Assembly: GCA_051294375.1 (NCBI GenBank)
Contig: CM119268.1
Span: forward strand, 3,952,644 to 4,009,552
Direction of reading: 5' to 3'
DNA: 56,909 nucleotides
Origin: Paraspadella gotoi
Taxonomy: Eukaryota > Animalia > Chaetognatha
A program made the position numbers and the translations under genes. The notes below the pieces were generated by a model. It worked only from the letters and a program-made list of their open reading frames with translations. It made no database searches and had not been told where the DNA came from. Of the stretch, positions 37,826 to 55,011 are shown piece by piece; within the stretch, counting starts at the first letter, position 1; each line of letters begins with the position of its first letter.

Positions 37826-40800
37826 TTTTGATTTCGTTAACTTGCTGCGCGCCAAGTAATTACGACACTAATTTACTTGTATTTATAAAATATACATAAT
37901 TGATATTTATCATTTACTTGTAATTGACTAGGCCTCTCTGCCACTGAATTGTGGGTCTTATAGGCCTAAGTTATGTGGGCTTAGAGATTTGGCCTTTAGA
38001 CCTGGCCGCTCTCTACCAAAGTCATCGTCCAAACTCAGTTTCCTTGGCCTCAACTTTTGACCTTAATGACCTTTTCATCTCGGGCAAAACTTGCACTCCT
38101 TTGACTTCCTCTGAACCCTAATCTGAACCCTTACGGCCTTCACCTATAAACCTATAAACCTGGCCACTCTTCCTTTTAAATCCCGGTTGAAGCTGTTTCA
38201 GCCTTCTCCTTTAAACCAGGTCACTTTTTCTCTGAACATTGTCCGAGCCTTTAGACCTGGCCGTTCTTCCTCTGAACCCTTGTTCAAACCCTCGAGACCT
38301 TCACCTTTAGACCTGGCCGCTCTCCCAATGGCCTCGACCAGTTCGTCCTCGAGCCTCCGCTTGATCGTCCGAATGTTCCTCAACTTGTCCTCCAACTTCC
38401 TCGTCCGCATCGCGGAATCCTTGGCCGTCAGAGCGACGCCGCCGGAAGCCGTCGCCTTGGCGAGGAGCTCCTTGCCCTCCTGGAAGAGGAGGAGGAGGAG
38501 GAAGAGGAAGAGGAAGAAGTCGCGGACGAGAGGAAGAGATAAGGAGAATAATATTATTCTTTTTAATCATTCTAATTTTATTTTTAAACGTTTAATCAGT
38601 ACAGTGTAGAATCCTAATAGCGGCATGGAAAACTCAATTAAAAATAAATCCAAAAATGTCACCCTTTCCCTTTTTACTCATTGTCCTTATTGCCGTTATT
38701 AGTAAATTACCAATGAGTCAATTTACAATTATCGCGGGACTTGAAATGCTATTAACTCAATAACAGAAGAAAAAGAAATCTTTGTAAACGAAACTTGGAC
38801 GGATGAAAATCTAATATACCCTTTCTGAAAATCTCTCAAACACAACGACTCAACGCCGACAAAACCCCCCAACCTTCCAACCCCCCCCCTCACTCCAATC
38901 TCTCAAACACAAACCCCCAAAACACCCACAAATCCCCCAAACCTCCACAACCCCCAATCCCCCAAAACCACCCAACCCCTCCAACACCCCAAACCACCCT
39001 AATCCCCCCCCCCACTCCAATCCGCGCCTTCAATTTGGCCTGAATCTCCTCGATCTGCTTCGTCGACTCAACTGCATTCTTCTTCATCTCCTCCATCTTT
39101 TCCCGATAAGACGGCGCAGTGGCCGCAGCCGCCAGTCGCCGCAGAGCCGCCGCCAGCCGCGGTCTTAATCGTCGTCCGCGATTCGTTCTCCGCCCCCGCG
39201 GCGGAGCAGCAGCTGCTGACCGTCGTCGAGGGCAGCGAGAGAAAACTGCAGCTCATCTTGGAGACGGAGCCGAGGATGGCTCGGTGACCCTTCTCCAAGG
39301 CGTTGAGGAGATCCTCCACGCTTCCGTCGCGATCGAAGGCGCACGCCTCCGAAGCAGACGCCGCCGCCTCCGCCTCCTCTTCCTCGGCGCCGGGGTCGAG
39401 GCCGCCGACTTTGGGGGGGCGAGGGGGGGGGGAGGTAGCGAGGTGGCATTGACATCGATTGCGAGAAAATGAAAATCGATTTGAAGAATTTGAAGAAAAG
39501 TTATTTTGGTGGCGATTGACTTCAGGCCTTCCTTCGATAAAATTGCGATAAAACTAATCATTGTGTTTATGCTTTATACTTTATATATTAAAAAACTAAT
39601 CTTCAACTAAAAATAATTATGGCGTCAGAGCAGGAGTAGTTTAGCGTCAAATTGAAGAAAAACAAAAAAACAAAAAACAACTGATGGCACAAAAACAGCA
39701 ACCGCAATCTTCTGGCGTCATAAAGCGAACACTTTTTAAAAAATAACCTCGTCGCGCCGGTAAAATTCGGCTCCGGAGGCCAACGATGGCAACGCCGGAT
39801 CCACCGACGCCGCCAAGACCCGCGGCGCCGCAGCCAGAAACGCCGCTGCCGCTGCTCTCGGCCGCAGCAGCCGGGGCCCGCCGCTTAAAGCTGACGACGC
39901 AATCGGGTTCGGATCGATTCTCCACTGGCTCCATGAAAGACTTGAGGTGCTTGAGGGATCCCGAGTCGAGACCGGGGATGTCGCCGACGTCGACGAGCAC
40001 TTCCAGGATCGAGGTGATGTCCTTTTTTGGTGGGAAGGAACGGTAGAGATATTGGCGGATGGATTTAAGGAAAGATGGATTTATGGACGCAGGGACGGTC
40101 GGATGCAGGGACAAAAAGATGGACTCCCTAAACGGATAAGAGATGGACGGAGAGATAAAAAGATGGATGGACGAACGGAATGAATGATGAATAGTCAGAT
40201 TAACGGATAGTCTTGTGGACTAGCAGCCGGATGTTTGGACGGGCTGACGGAGGGATAGTTGGATTTACGGTCGGATAAAAAGGGACGAAAGGAGTGACGA
40301 ACGGACACACGGACTGATAGGAAGGACGGACGGAGAACTTAAGCGATAGATGGGCGGACGGAGGGACGAACGATGGGACGGACGATGGGACGGACGGACA
40401 AAATCGACAACCTTGACGCCGATGTCGGCGTGAGCCTCAGTGCTGACGGCGAACGAGTTGCTCTTCCCCAAAACTTTTCTCTCTTTCGAAGAAACGTAGA
40501 TGAATTCGTATTTCGTTCCTTCGTGAGGTGGAATTCCCAACGCCTTCAGGCTAACGAGGATGCTAAGGAGGGAGGGGGGAGTTTGACGGGCGGTTGGAAG
40601 GAGGTCGGGTTGGTTCGTTTTAGAAGGAGGATTGAAGATCGAAGAGGGTGTCTGAAGATGTTATGGAATTGGTACAGCTATGTTGCGGGATAAATATAAA
40701 AGAAAAAAAAATAAAGGAAAAAAACTAAAGGAGCAAAGAAAAAAAAAATTCCAGTTCATAGAAAATACCAAAGAAAAGGAAAGAAGAAAGAAAGAAAAAC

Positions 40801-42005
40801 AAGGAAGCGCCACCTTCTCAAATTTGGAAAATCTCTATTGGTCGACATTTGCGGCGCCGTCTCTTTCCACAGACTCTTCTCCATCGACGCTTCCAGCTCT
40901 TCTCCAGCAACGACGCCGCCTCCTCCGCAGCCGGCGTCGTCGAGAGGCATCAGCGCCACCCAATCTCGCGTCGACGGCGTCACTTCGTCTCCGAGTTCGT
41001 AGATGACGAAGATATCGTCGTCGGGGAAAAAGGAAGCGCCGAGATCCTTTTAGATCAAAGGGGGAGTGGGGGGGGTGCTGTGATCCCATTAGAATTCGTT
41101 GATAAGAGACTTTCGGAGCCTCGTTTTAATTGCTCGGTTACGTTTATATATATATTAAGAGACAGTAAATATCAAACAGTCGGATGAGGAAAAGGGATGA
41201 AGGAAATGTGATGGAAAAAAAGGAAGGAAGGAAGGAAGGAAAGAAAGGGAGGAATGGAAGAAATGGAGGAAGGAAAGAAAGGAAGGAAAGGAAAGAAGGA
41301 AGATAGGAAAAGAGGAAGGAAAAAAGGAAAGGAAGGAGTAAAGGAAGAGGTCGAGGGAAGGAGAGGAAGGAAAAGACAGGGAGGAGAGAAAAAATAAAGG
41401 AAAGGAAAAAGAAAGGAAGGGAAGGAGGAAGGAAGGAAGGAAAGGAATTCCTGAAAATGGGTTAAGGGAAAATGAGAAAGGAAGGAAAAAAGGAGTAAAC
41501 GAGGATGAGAAGGCGAAAGACCGGAAAAGACAAGAGGACAACGAACGGAGCGACACCAGCGGTCACGAAAGAAAAGCAATAAAACAAATGTCATCAGGAA
41601 AAAAAAAAGAAACAGACGTTAAAACGACTTAAGAAATAGTTTTACTATTTTTCTCGTTCTCATAATCATAAAAAAGACTGCGATATTTAAAACTTCATGA
41701 AAATGGTACAACCAACATAAACTTATCCATTCATTTATTAAATAAGCCATCTTGCCCCTGACAAGATAATATTTTAATGTCATACTGGACGTTCCGAATC
41801 TAATAAAAAGGAAATAACATTTTCTAATCTTCTTCTTTCTCCACCTGAAAATGAACCGAGTTCGGATCCTTGACTTCAGCCTCCTCCTCTTCCCCCTCCT
41901 CCTCCCTCACCCCTTCCTCCTCCTCCTCCTCCTCCACTTCCAAACTTCCATCTCGCGGAGTCAACGTCCCCGTCGACCCGACGGGAGACGGCGCCTCCGC
42001 TTCCG

Positions 42006-42030
<25 letters not shown>
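31785..42030 (-). CDS. SKICH - coiled-coil - UBZ-type zinc finger protein (TAX1BP1/CALCOCO/NDP52-like autophagy receptor)
   Basis: Exons: 42030-41845, 41046-40814, 40562-40412, 40021-39748, 39408-39016 (one extra base near 39098-39101), 38479-38305, 37754-37628, 36600-36503, 35934-35778, 34825-34657, 34034-33716 (or stop at 33690), 32559-32343 (or stop at 32339), 32220-31785 (tentative). SKICH motifs: SVHFQDLGASFFPDDDIFVIYEL..TPSTRDWVALMP...KYEFIYVSS..KVLGKSNSFAV. Several E/K-rich heptad exons follow, then the zinc finger CPVCREAF......SIHAHIQRH. Confidence 0.8.
34155..34525. mobile_element. Truncated second copy of the TA-flanked MITE at 1020-1663
   Basis: A full left TIR is followed by ~330 bp collinear with 1031-1340 (tttaaatatttaataaat...ctaacacagtaaaattggc...aattgtaaatcttaagtttt...caattcgtcca). 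Confidence 0.8.
34860..34966 (-). mobile_element. Helentron/HINE-like element end; homologue at 51970-52080 (+)
   Basis: Both copies read CGTAAGTGGGA-(GACC/GACA)n-GAAAAGTGACTTATA...CCGCGA...poly-A. The 52045-52074 copy has an AGTTGC/GCAACT hairpin. The classification is inferred from this architecture. Confidence 0.5.
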
Positions 42031-46391
<4,361 letters not shown>

Positions 46392-46402
46392 AAAGAAAGA
46401 TT

Positions 46403-46468
46403 TCTCGCGGTCAAGTGTCACGTGGTTGTGGTAAAGTGGCATGATCACGAGATCACATGATTGCCACT
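46403..46468 (-). promoter_or_regulatory. E-box/CLEAR and M-box cluster, candidate promoter of the SKICH gene
   Basis: GTCACGTG (46417-46424), TCACGAGA (46445-46452) and TCACATGA (46453-46460; TCATGTGA on the minus strand) lie upstream of a candidate non-coding exon (~46310-46226, donor AGAAG|GTTG). That exon could splice to the CCCTCAG acceptor at 42050. Confidence 0.45.
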
Positions 46469-46481
46469 CTTCACTTAAAAT

Positions 46482-47581
46482 CTACGACCGACTGCGGTCC
46501 ATCTCCACCCCCTTACCTCCCCCTCTACCTTCCCCCGTGTCCCTCTTCTCCTCAGCGTAAGGATTGACGGAAGAGTAATAGGGCATCGACCGATTCGAGA
46601 CCCTCAACGGCGACTTGGATTTCCGCTCCCGCTCCTGCCGCCGCTGGCGACGTCGACGCCGCTCCTGCTTCCGCTCCCGCTGCTCGGAGAAGGAGAGTCT
46701 TTGGGATTTGTTCCCGGAAGGTTGGATGTATTTCGACTTCGATCTCTTCCGACGATTCTTTCGCGGCGCCGACTTTCGATTCGAACCGGAGACCTGCCGC
46801 GGCGGCGGCGGCGGCAGCTTCAGCGGCGTTGGCGGCGGGTGAAGAACGCGGACTTGGAAGTTTCGCGACTTGGATTTTTTAGAAAAGGATCTGAGAGTAA
46901 GTTGGAAAGTTCCGAAACCGGGAAAAATTAAGGCGTCCAAGTCGTTGAAGATGAGGGTCATTCGAGAGGCACAGTTAGGTCTCGTCAATTAACACGTTTT
47001 GTGGTTGGATTAATATCCGGTCATTTTACTCTTAACTCAAATGATCAGGGGTTTTAGCCCGAGTCCAGACTTTTGTATAACCCCCCCCTGTGTTGCATGT
47101 TGCTACAGTTTATTCATAAGCTCAGCGTTTATAAATTAACAATTATTCTAAATTTTTAACTTTTGATTATTCTTCGATGAACCGTGACCTTTCGGGAGAC
47201 GAGGTGACTTTGGAACGCTGCCGCGGTTTCCTCTGCTTCTTCGGCTGCTGCTCCTGCTGCCGCCGGCGATTCGGCTGCCGTCGGATCGGCGTCTCCAAAC
47301 TCGACCGCAAGGAGGCGTTGATGCCCTTGTAAGAGGATCGAGACTCGGAAAGACTGGCGCTGATCTCGCTCGCTCGGCTTTTGCTGAACCTTTGGGTAAG
47401 GTAAGTGAAATGGGTAAAGTCATGGATTCGCGGCAAAAAGGGGACAGGGACTGCAGGGATGTGAGAGAAAGTGAGAAGCTAATCGAGAGGTACATTGCTC
47501 TCCCGACGGGGACTCATAATTTACTCATAATTCTTGGCAGCAATCTTAATTTTTTAAATTTTATTATAAGCATAATTTATG

Positions 47582-47617
<36 letters not shown>

Positions 47618-47619
47618 GA

Positions 47620-47712
<93 letters not shown>

Positions 47713-49124
47713 CATTATTATTATTATTATTATTATTATCATTATTATTATTATTATAACCAAATATCCATTATTACTTTCGAGGTTGACTCCCGACAGA
47801 GTGCGTCGGAATCGACTTTTTGTCGGCGTCTTCCTTTTTGCAGCAAACGTAACCGAATGCGGAAAAGAATTTTCTGAAGTTTTCGTTCTGATTCTTCAGC
47901 ACCATCGATGGGCGCTGCTTTGGCGATGGGGGTGGGGGTGGAAACAGTACCTTGTTTCGGTGGCTAAATTGTCTTCATTATTACGTTTATAATCAATTTT
48001 AATAAGGAAAGTTAATAACATCAGCTTTGGATGATTTTAATTCATAATTCGTTAGTTGGTTCGTTATTTAGTCTTTTAGATCTTTCTTTCTTTCGCTCGT
48101 TCATTAGTTTCGTTCGTTAATTCTTTCGTTCGTTCGTTCATTCGTTCGTTAGTTTCGTTCGTTATTTCGTTCATTCGCCGACTCCTTGATTAGTTCGTTC
48201 GTTTCTTAATAAGTTCGTTCAGTTGTTTGTTTAACGATTCGATCTTTCACTCATTTTTGTTGATCGATTAGTTCGTTCGTTCATTCGCTCATTCATTCAT
48301 TCATTCGTTCCGTTCGATCGTTCGTTCATTTCCTTCGTTCACTCACCCAGAGAGCGAGACGTTTGGCGGCCTCTTCTCTCGCTTTCCTCTCGAAATTCGA
48401 AGAAATATCTTTCGTCCTAAATTTAGTCGTAAAAAAACCGCGTAGCTGAGAAATCTTCGCTGCTCCTTTTCGAAGAAATGTTTTCGATGACCCCTCGCCG
48501 TCTGGGGGTGATGTGGAGAGAAGAGAAAGCAGCAGAGAGACCGAGAGAGCAGAGAGACAGGCGCAAAGGCCGACGACGCGCGAACAGAGAAGAGAGAGAG
48601 AAGGGGATAATGACGGTTTTGTCGTCGTTGTCGTCAAGTGTCAACCTCATCACAATCTAATTAGGGGAGAAAAGGAAGGAAAGAAAAAAAAGGAAAAGGG
48701 GAGAAGAGGGAGGAAAGAAATGAAAAAAAGGAGGAAGGAAAAAAGGAAAAGGGGAGAATAGGGAGCAAAGAGATGAAAAAAAGGAGGAAGTAAAAAAGGA
48801 AAAGGGGAGAATAGGGAGGAAAGAGATGAAAAAAAGGAGGAAGTAAAAAAGGAAAAGGGGAGAATAGGGAGGAAAGAAATGAAAAAAAATGAGGAAGGAA
48901 AAAAGGAAAAGAGGAGAATAGGGAGGAAAGAGATGAAAAAAAGGAGGAAGGAAAAAAGAAAAGACAAGGGAAGAAAAGGATAAAAAGAGATAAAGGAGGA
49001 AAAAATCCACACAATGAAGAAGAAAGAAAGAACAAAAAAAATTGTTTTGTCTATAATTTACATTTAAACTGTTTAAACAGACATTGAAAGAGCTCTTTCT
49101 CTTTTTGTCTCTGTCTCTCTCTCT

Positions 49125-49178
<54 letters not shown>

Positions 49179-49344
49179 ATTTTCTCTTATTTTAAACTTT
49201 TCATACCATCCATTGTTCACCAGCTCGGCTACACTTTTCCTTTCATAACTCTCTTTCTCTTCCTCAAGCTTTCTAAATACTAATCATACCCCTCCCTAGC
49301 ATCTGGTTTCTACGTCTTTTCTATTCTCATGCCTTCACTTCTCT

Positions 49345-49419
<75 letters not shown>

Positions 49420-49845
49420 GTCCTTCGCTCCTTTTCCCTCTGCAGTCTCACTTTTCTTTCCGTATCCTCTCTCCTCCACTCACTCCTTCTCTGTCCTCCC
49501 CTAACTCCTCTCGCCTCCCCCACTCTCTCTCCCTCTCGCACTATGTTTTTCAATCTTTTATCCATTTTCTTTCCATGTTGGAAATTGAGGTAAAGATTCC
49601 AACAAGTTTTCCATCGGCTGTGAAAGAAAAAGAAAAGAAAAAAAAGGAAAAAAGGAAAAAAGGAAATTGGTGAAATTTAAAACGATTTTTGCCTAAAACG
49701 TTTTTGAAAAAGTTTTTTTTTTTATTTGCACTACGCTAGTCAAGGGTTCCAATTGCGTAGCTCGCGTAGCATGAATTGTCAACGAAATATAAAGCGTAAC
49801 CTAAATTGTTTCTTAACACGATTAACAAATAATTATTAACTATTA

Positions 49846-49909
<64 letters not shown>

Positions 49910-50722
49910 CTCTCTCTCTCTCTCTCTCATCTTTTCCCCAGCAATTCTTGTCTTCTCAACACGTAATAAAATATTCAACGTTATCTCTCGACTTATCTTT
50001 TTGCCTAAATATCAGATATTCATCTTGTTCTTCTTTCCTCAGAGAGATGTCGCTTTTCCGTTTTCCCTTTATAAAAAAAAAAGAGCAATCGACGCCGGGG
50101 ATTTTTTTTCTTTTCTTTCTTTCGTCGACGAACGAGAAAGACTAAGCCGAGCGACCGACCAACAAACCATCGAGTAATAATCAATATTCCGTCAACGATC
50201 TTGGAGAAGTGACGCCACCCAAAATGTTACCGTCGTCATTGTCGTCGTCATTCTCGTCATTATTGTCGTCATCGTCGTCTTCATCGTCATCGTCGCCTCC
50301 GTCATATTCATTTTCGTTGTCGTCATCGTCGCCATCATCGTTGTCGTCATCGTCGCCATCATCGTTGTTGTCATCGTTGTTGTCGTCATCGTCGCCATCA
50401 TCGTTGTCGCCATCATCGTTGTCGTCATCGTCGCCATCATTGTTGTCGTCATCGTTGTTGTCGTCATCGTCGCCTTCGTTGTTGTCGTTGTCATAATCTC
50501 TTCTTCATCATCGTCATCATTGACGTCGCTTTCGTCATCTTCGACTATCTCATCTCGTCGTTGTCGTCGTCGTCGTCGTCGTCGAAAATGCAGACGTTTT
50601 TGTCTTTATGTTCGACGTTAACTTCATCGTCATCGTCATCGTCGTCAGAGTCACTGTCACCGTCGTCGTCGTTATCGTCGTCGCCTCACCAACGCCCCCT
50701 TACGTCGATTTCCATACATCAT
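46482..50722 (-). CDS. Uncharacterised Arg/Lys/Ser-rich basic protein, ~306 aa
   Basis: Phase-consistent exons: 50722-50704 (tentative start MMYGNR with an upstream in-frame TAA), 48501-48347, 47914-47778, 47389-47189, 46890-46482. Clear splice sites include TGG|GTGAGT, CCCCCAG|, CTCTCAG| and C|GTAAGG. I recognise no domain. Confidence 0.6.
48690..48960. repeat. Purine-rich ~54-bp tandem repeat (~5 copies)
   Basis: gaggaaaga.atgaaaaaaaggaggaag.aaaaaaggaaaaggggagaatagg is repeated. Confidence 0.85.
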
Positions 50723-50772
50723 CGCCTTTTATTCCTTCTTTCGCCACGGGCGGCGCCAGTCGAGAGTAGGAA

Positions 50773-50808
<36 letters not shown>

Positions 50809-53332
50809 TGCAGAAACGCTACAATGTCGATGACGATTGCAACGACAATCTGGTTGATGCCCGTTCCGCAAAGAGGAGGGACGTCGTCACCAAGAAAAAT
50901 GACAGCCCTAGACTACAACAAAACATAGTTAAGTGAAAACATTAGTTTGATTAACTATTAAATGAAGATTTAAATTATTTTCCGATGGCAACGTGCAATA
51001 TCGAGACGTGCAATATGGAGAATAATATGATGATAAAGATGACGAAGATGAAAAAGACGATAACGTCTATGATGAAGACCACGATGAGGAAGACGATAAC
51101 GTCTAAGATGACAATGACGACTATGAAGAGGACAATTACGATGACGACTACGATGAAGACGACGATAACGACGACTGAGATGACGACCACGATGAAGAGG
51201 ACTATAACGATGACTGAGATGACGACCACGATGAAGAGGACGATAACAACGACTGAGATGACGACGGCGACTAAGAAGAGGACGAGAACGACGACGACAA
51301 CTCCACTCCCTCTCTGACGAGGATGAATGAAAATCACTGTTATGTTTTATCGGGAAATGTCGCCTTTGGTGAAAGAAGGGAAAGAGGTGTAGTGGGAGAT
51401 GAGAGAGAAGAAGAAAAAAAGATAGGAAGGGATAAAGAAAAGTTTGGTGAAGAGAAGAAAGAGGAAAGAAGAAAAGAACCAGTATTAAATAGTAAAGAGA
51501 AGAAATAGAGTAAAGACGAAATAAGACAGAGAGAATCATGAAAAGAGGAGACAAATTTAATAAGAACTGGAAATAATCAAAATGAAGAAATGAGGGTAAA
51601 GGAGAAAATATGAAACATAAGTTCCAGAGAGTTTACGCATGAACGTACGCGCGGTACATTTAAATGGGAGGAGGGGGAGTTACTGAGTTGGACCTAAAAC
51701 TTTTACTTAAGGGTGATAAGCTGACGCCTACCTAATGAACCTCCAGGTCACCACACAGATATTGTGGAAAAAAAGAAAACAAGAACGGAATTTCAAATGT
51801 GTATGGCGCCACAGTGAATTTCTTAGACTTTTCGACACGTACTGCATCGGAATCTTGTCCTTTATTCTTGGATTTCCTAAAGGCATCGCTAGCAGTAGCT
51901 TACATTGGAGGTTTTTTCGTGTCTTAACAAATGAGCAACCAACTATAGGCGAGTTATGAGCATTTTTATCGTAAGTGGGATAGACCGATGGACAGACATT
52001 CTGACCGACCGACCGACAGACAGACCGAAAAGTGACTTATATAGAGTTGCACCGCGAGTACACGCGCCGCAACTAAAAAAGGTGATGAGAGAAAGAGAGA
52101 AAGAAAACAAGAAGAGAAAAGGAGAAAAAAAATGAGAAAGAGAAAGATGATATAAAGAAGACGAAAATTCAAAATGGGTTTAATGTCGCTTTATCGCAGA
52201 AAACATTTTTTTTCTGCAACTTTTATGAAAAAAAAGGAAAAAAATGGAAAAAGGGAAACTTGAATCTCCAGGTGACGTCGACGACGACGACGACGACGAC
52301 GATCACGGCGAACGACGACGAACAACGACGACGAAGATCTCCCGCTAAGTCGTCGTTTCCTTTCATATTTATTTTTGAGAGATTTTTATTTTTTTGTTCG
52401 GCGTCACCTGCTAAGGAAGGAAAAGAAATTGTGCCAAACTGTCGAATCGCCTTCTCGTCTTACGGTCGGTTAGTCAATGATATTGACAATAAGTGAGGAT
52501 AGGCTTAGTTAAATTAAGTAATGAGAAATTACTTTACTCGTTAAACTTGTCTTCGTCATTTTTAGGAAATTAATTCCAAAGTCAGGGGTAAGGAAGCTTA
52601 ATTATTGTGTGAATGGATGATTTTTGTATTGGATGTATCTATTACAAAATAGTCAGCGGAGTAAAGCTAAGTACTGATAAACTAGACTGTGAGAGAGTCT
52701 TGATGTTATTTTCTTGTAAGAGGAATGGAAGTCTCGACCCAAGTTAGGGGCGAGATAGATTATTTATTACATTAATGGATAATTTATATATTAGTTGAAC
52801 TTGAACGATCGATCTCATTTCACGGATGGAAGCGGTGGCAAATGTGACGATATTGATTCCCCACATTTATAAATCCAACCTTAAATAATTGATTAACTAA
52901 TCAAAATGTCAAAGTAAAATCAAATGCTTTTTTATAGATTTTTCCGTTTAACCAAGTAAACAGTCGAAGCTCAGACGATTCTCTCACTTTTAAAAAAGAG
53001 ATTAATCTCTCTTCAAAAAAATAAAGATTTTTAAAGTGTTTCTTTTTTTGTTATGATTAATCTTCTCATTCTCTGGAGTAAAAAAAACAACAACAAAGAA
53101 AACCTCACTTGTCTATTTAAAGACTTAAGATTTGATCTCCTCTTCCTCTCTTTTCTTTCTTAATCTTCTCTTTCCTTCTCACTTCCTCTTCACCTTTCTC
53201 CCCTTCCTCCCTTTTCCCAATTTTCCTCCCTTCCTGTCCTCCATTAGCACTGCGATGTCATCTTTTACCAACGACACTACTTTCCTTTTCTGTTTCCTTT
53301 CCTTTTCTTTCTTTATGCCTCCTTTCCTTACC

Positions 53333-53621
53333 TCCTTCCTTTCCTTATCTGTCCAATACTTTTGTAATGAAACTAAGTTCGGAGAAGTGGCTGTCTTTGA
53401 ATTCTAACTGACTGGACTAATTCTGCGCATTGAAGACCAGATGGAATCGGGTATAAAATGGCGCAGAAGAGACGATGGCGCCGGTCAACACGCCCTGGAG
53501 ATGACGACGACAAAGTCTCGGTAGATGACGTCGGCTAAGGCCGAAAGGACGACGATCTACGAAGCCCAGGACTTGACAAAGTGTCTGTAGTTGTAGAAGA
53601 AGTTTGATGCTGTTAGAAGTC
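53333..53621 (-). pseudogene. Possible degraded OTU-like protease domain fragment
   Basis: After the acceptor TTTGCCCAG the frame reads LLTASNFFYNYRHFVKSWAS*IVVLSALADVIYRDFVVVIS, then shifts to GVLTGAIVSSAPFYTRFHLVFNAQN*SSQLEFKDSHFSEL. The W...LSALA.V..R...VV and SHF..L elements resemble OTU motifs. There are two TAG stops and one frameshift. Confidence 0.25.
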
Positions 53622-53982
53622 CTGGGCAAAAAATAACAAAACATTTNNNNNNNNNNGTTATTTCGTAACAACTTTCCTTTTCTCCTTTTCACCTTTTTTC
53701 TTTTCCTCCTTCCTCTTTTCCTTCTTCCCCTTCTTCCTTCCATTTTTTCCTTTCCTCCTCCTTCTTCCGCCTCCTTTCCTCCCTGATGCTTTCCTTTTCC
53801 CTCCTTTTCCTCCTCCTCCCCTTACTCCTCAACATCCTGCTCTTCCCTTTCCACCCCTTCCTCGTCTTCTTCCTCCTCTTATTTGCTTCCCCTCGTCCTC
53901 TTCCTCCTCCTCCTCCCGCTCCTCCTTCTCCACCAAACATGGCGCCGTCGCCTGGAATCAGATTTTCTTTATCGGTTGCTGC

Positions 53983-54064
<82 letters not shown>

Positions 54065-54475
54065 GAGAAAGATATTGCGAAGTGAACACGAAAGTCAGTG
54101 CACAATAAAACTAAAGTAAGGGAAAAATCGGGGATAAATATAAGTAATTATATTAATTTGTGAAAAAAAAACCAAATAAATATTATTAATTAAAAAATAG
54201 ACCTGACTTCGGACAAAAAGTTATATTATAAAGATTAATTTAAGGTATTTTTTAGTATATTTTATTATATTAGATAAGTAACTGATTCTTTTTCTTAAAG
54301 ATTGTGATTTGTGAATGATTATTTTTTTCACGCGAGCGAATAAATTTTAAATCACAAATAACTGTATTGTTTTTTCCTCCGACTTCAAGACACTCAAAAA
54401 CATCATTTCATTATCGGGCCCTGTGTGTCAGGGAGTGAGAGAAGGAAAGAGACCAAATGAGAAAGAGAGAGACGA

Positions 54476-54531
<56 letters not shown>

Positions 54532-54662
54532 AGAGAGAAGAGAGAGCCAAAAGAATTATTTTTCCTTTTATCTTCCTCCATATCCAGTTTATTACGTTTT
54601 CAGCTACAATTTCATCGAGAAACCCTTTCAGCGCATATCCAACGACGTCTCCTCTCTTCTCT

Positions 54663-54736
<74 letters not shown>

Positions 54737-54843
54737 TTTTCTCACACTCTCCATTCACTTTGCTTCCACCATTGGCGCCAATAAATTCGCCGAACGCATA
54801 ATTAAAAATTGGTCCCTTGCGCGAGAAAGCAGCTACGAGGAAA

Positions 54844-54880
<37 letters not shown>

Positions 54881-55011
54881 AAGCGATGACGTTCCCATGA
54901 AAATTCCCGAAATCCGTTCATCTTTTCTTTCGTAAATTGGTCCAAAAAGTTGGGAAGAGAAAGGGGCAGGGATCGGATAGGGAAGGGGTTTTAGATGGGG
55001 TAGTGAAGGGG

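Noticed and set aside
50192-51337. Asp/Asn-rich or Thr/Met-rich ORFs as a biomineralisation or acidic protein
   Set aside because: The GAY/AAC-rich frame is broken by stops and frame changes and lacks consistent splice sites. Similar low-complexity tracts occur in other introns (9960-10020, 19560-19680).
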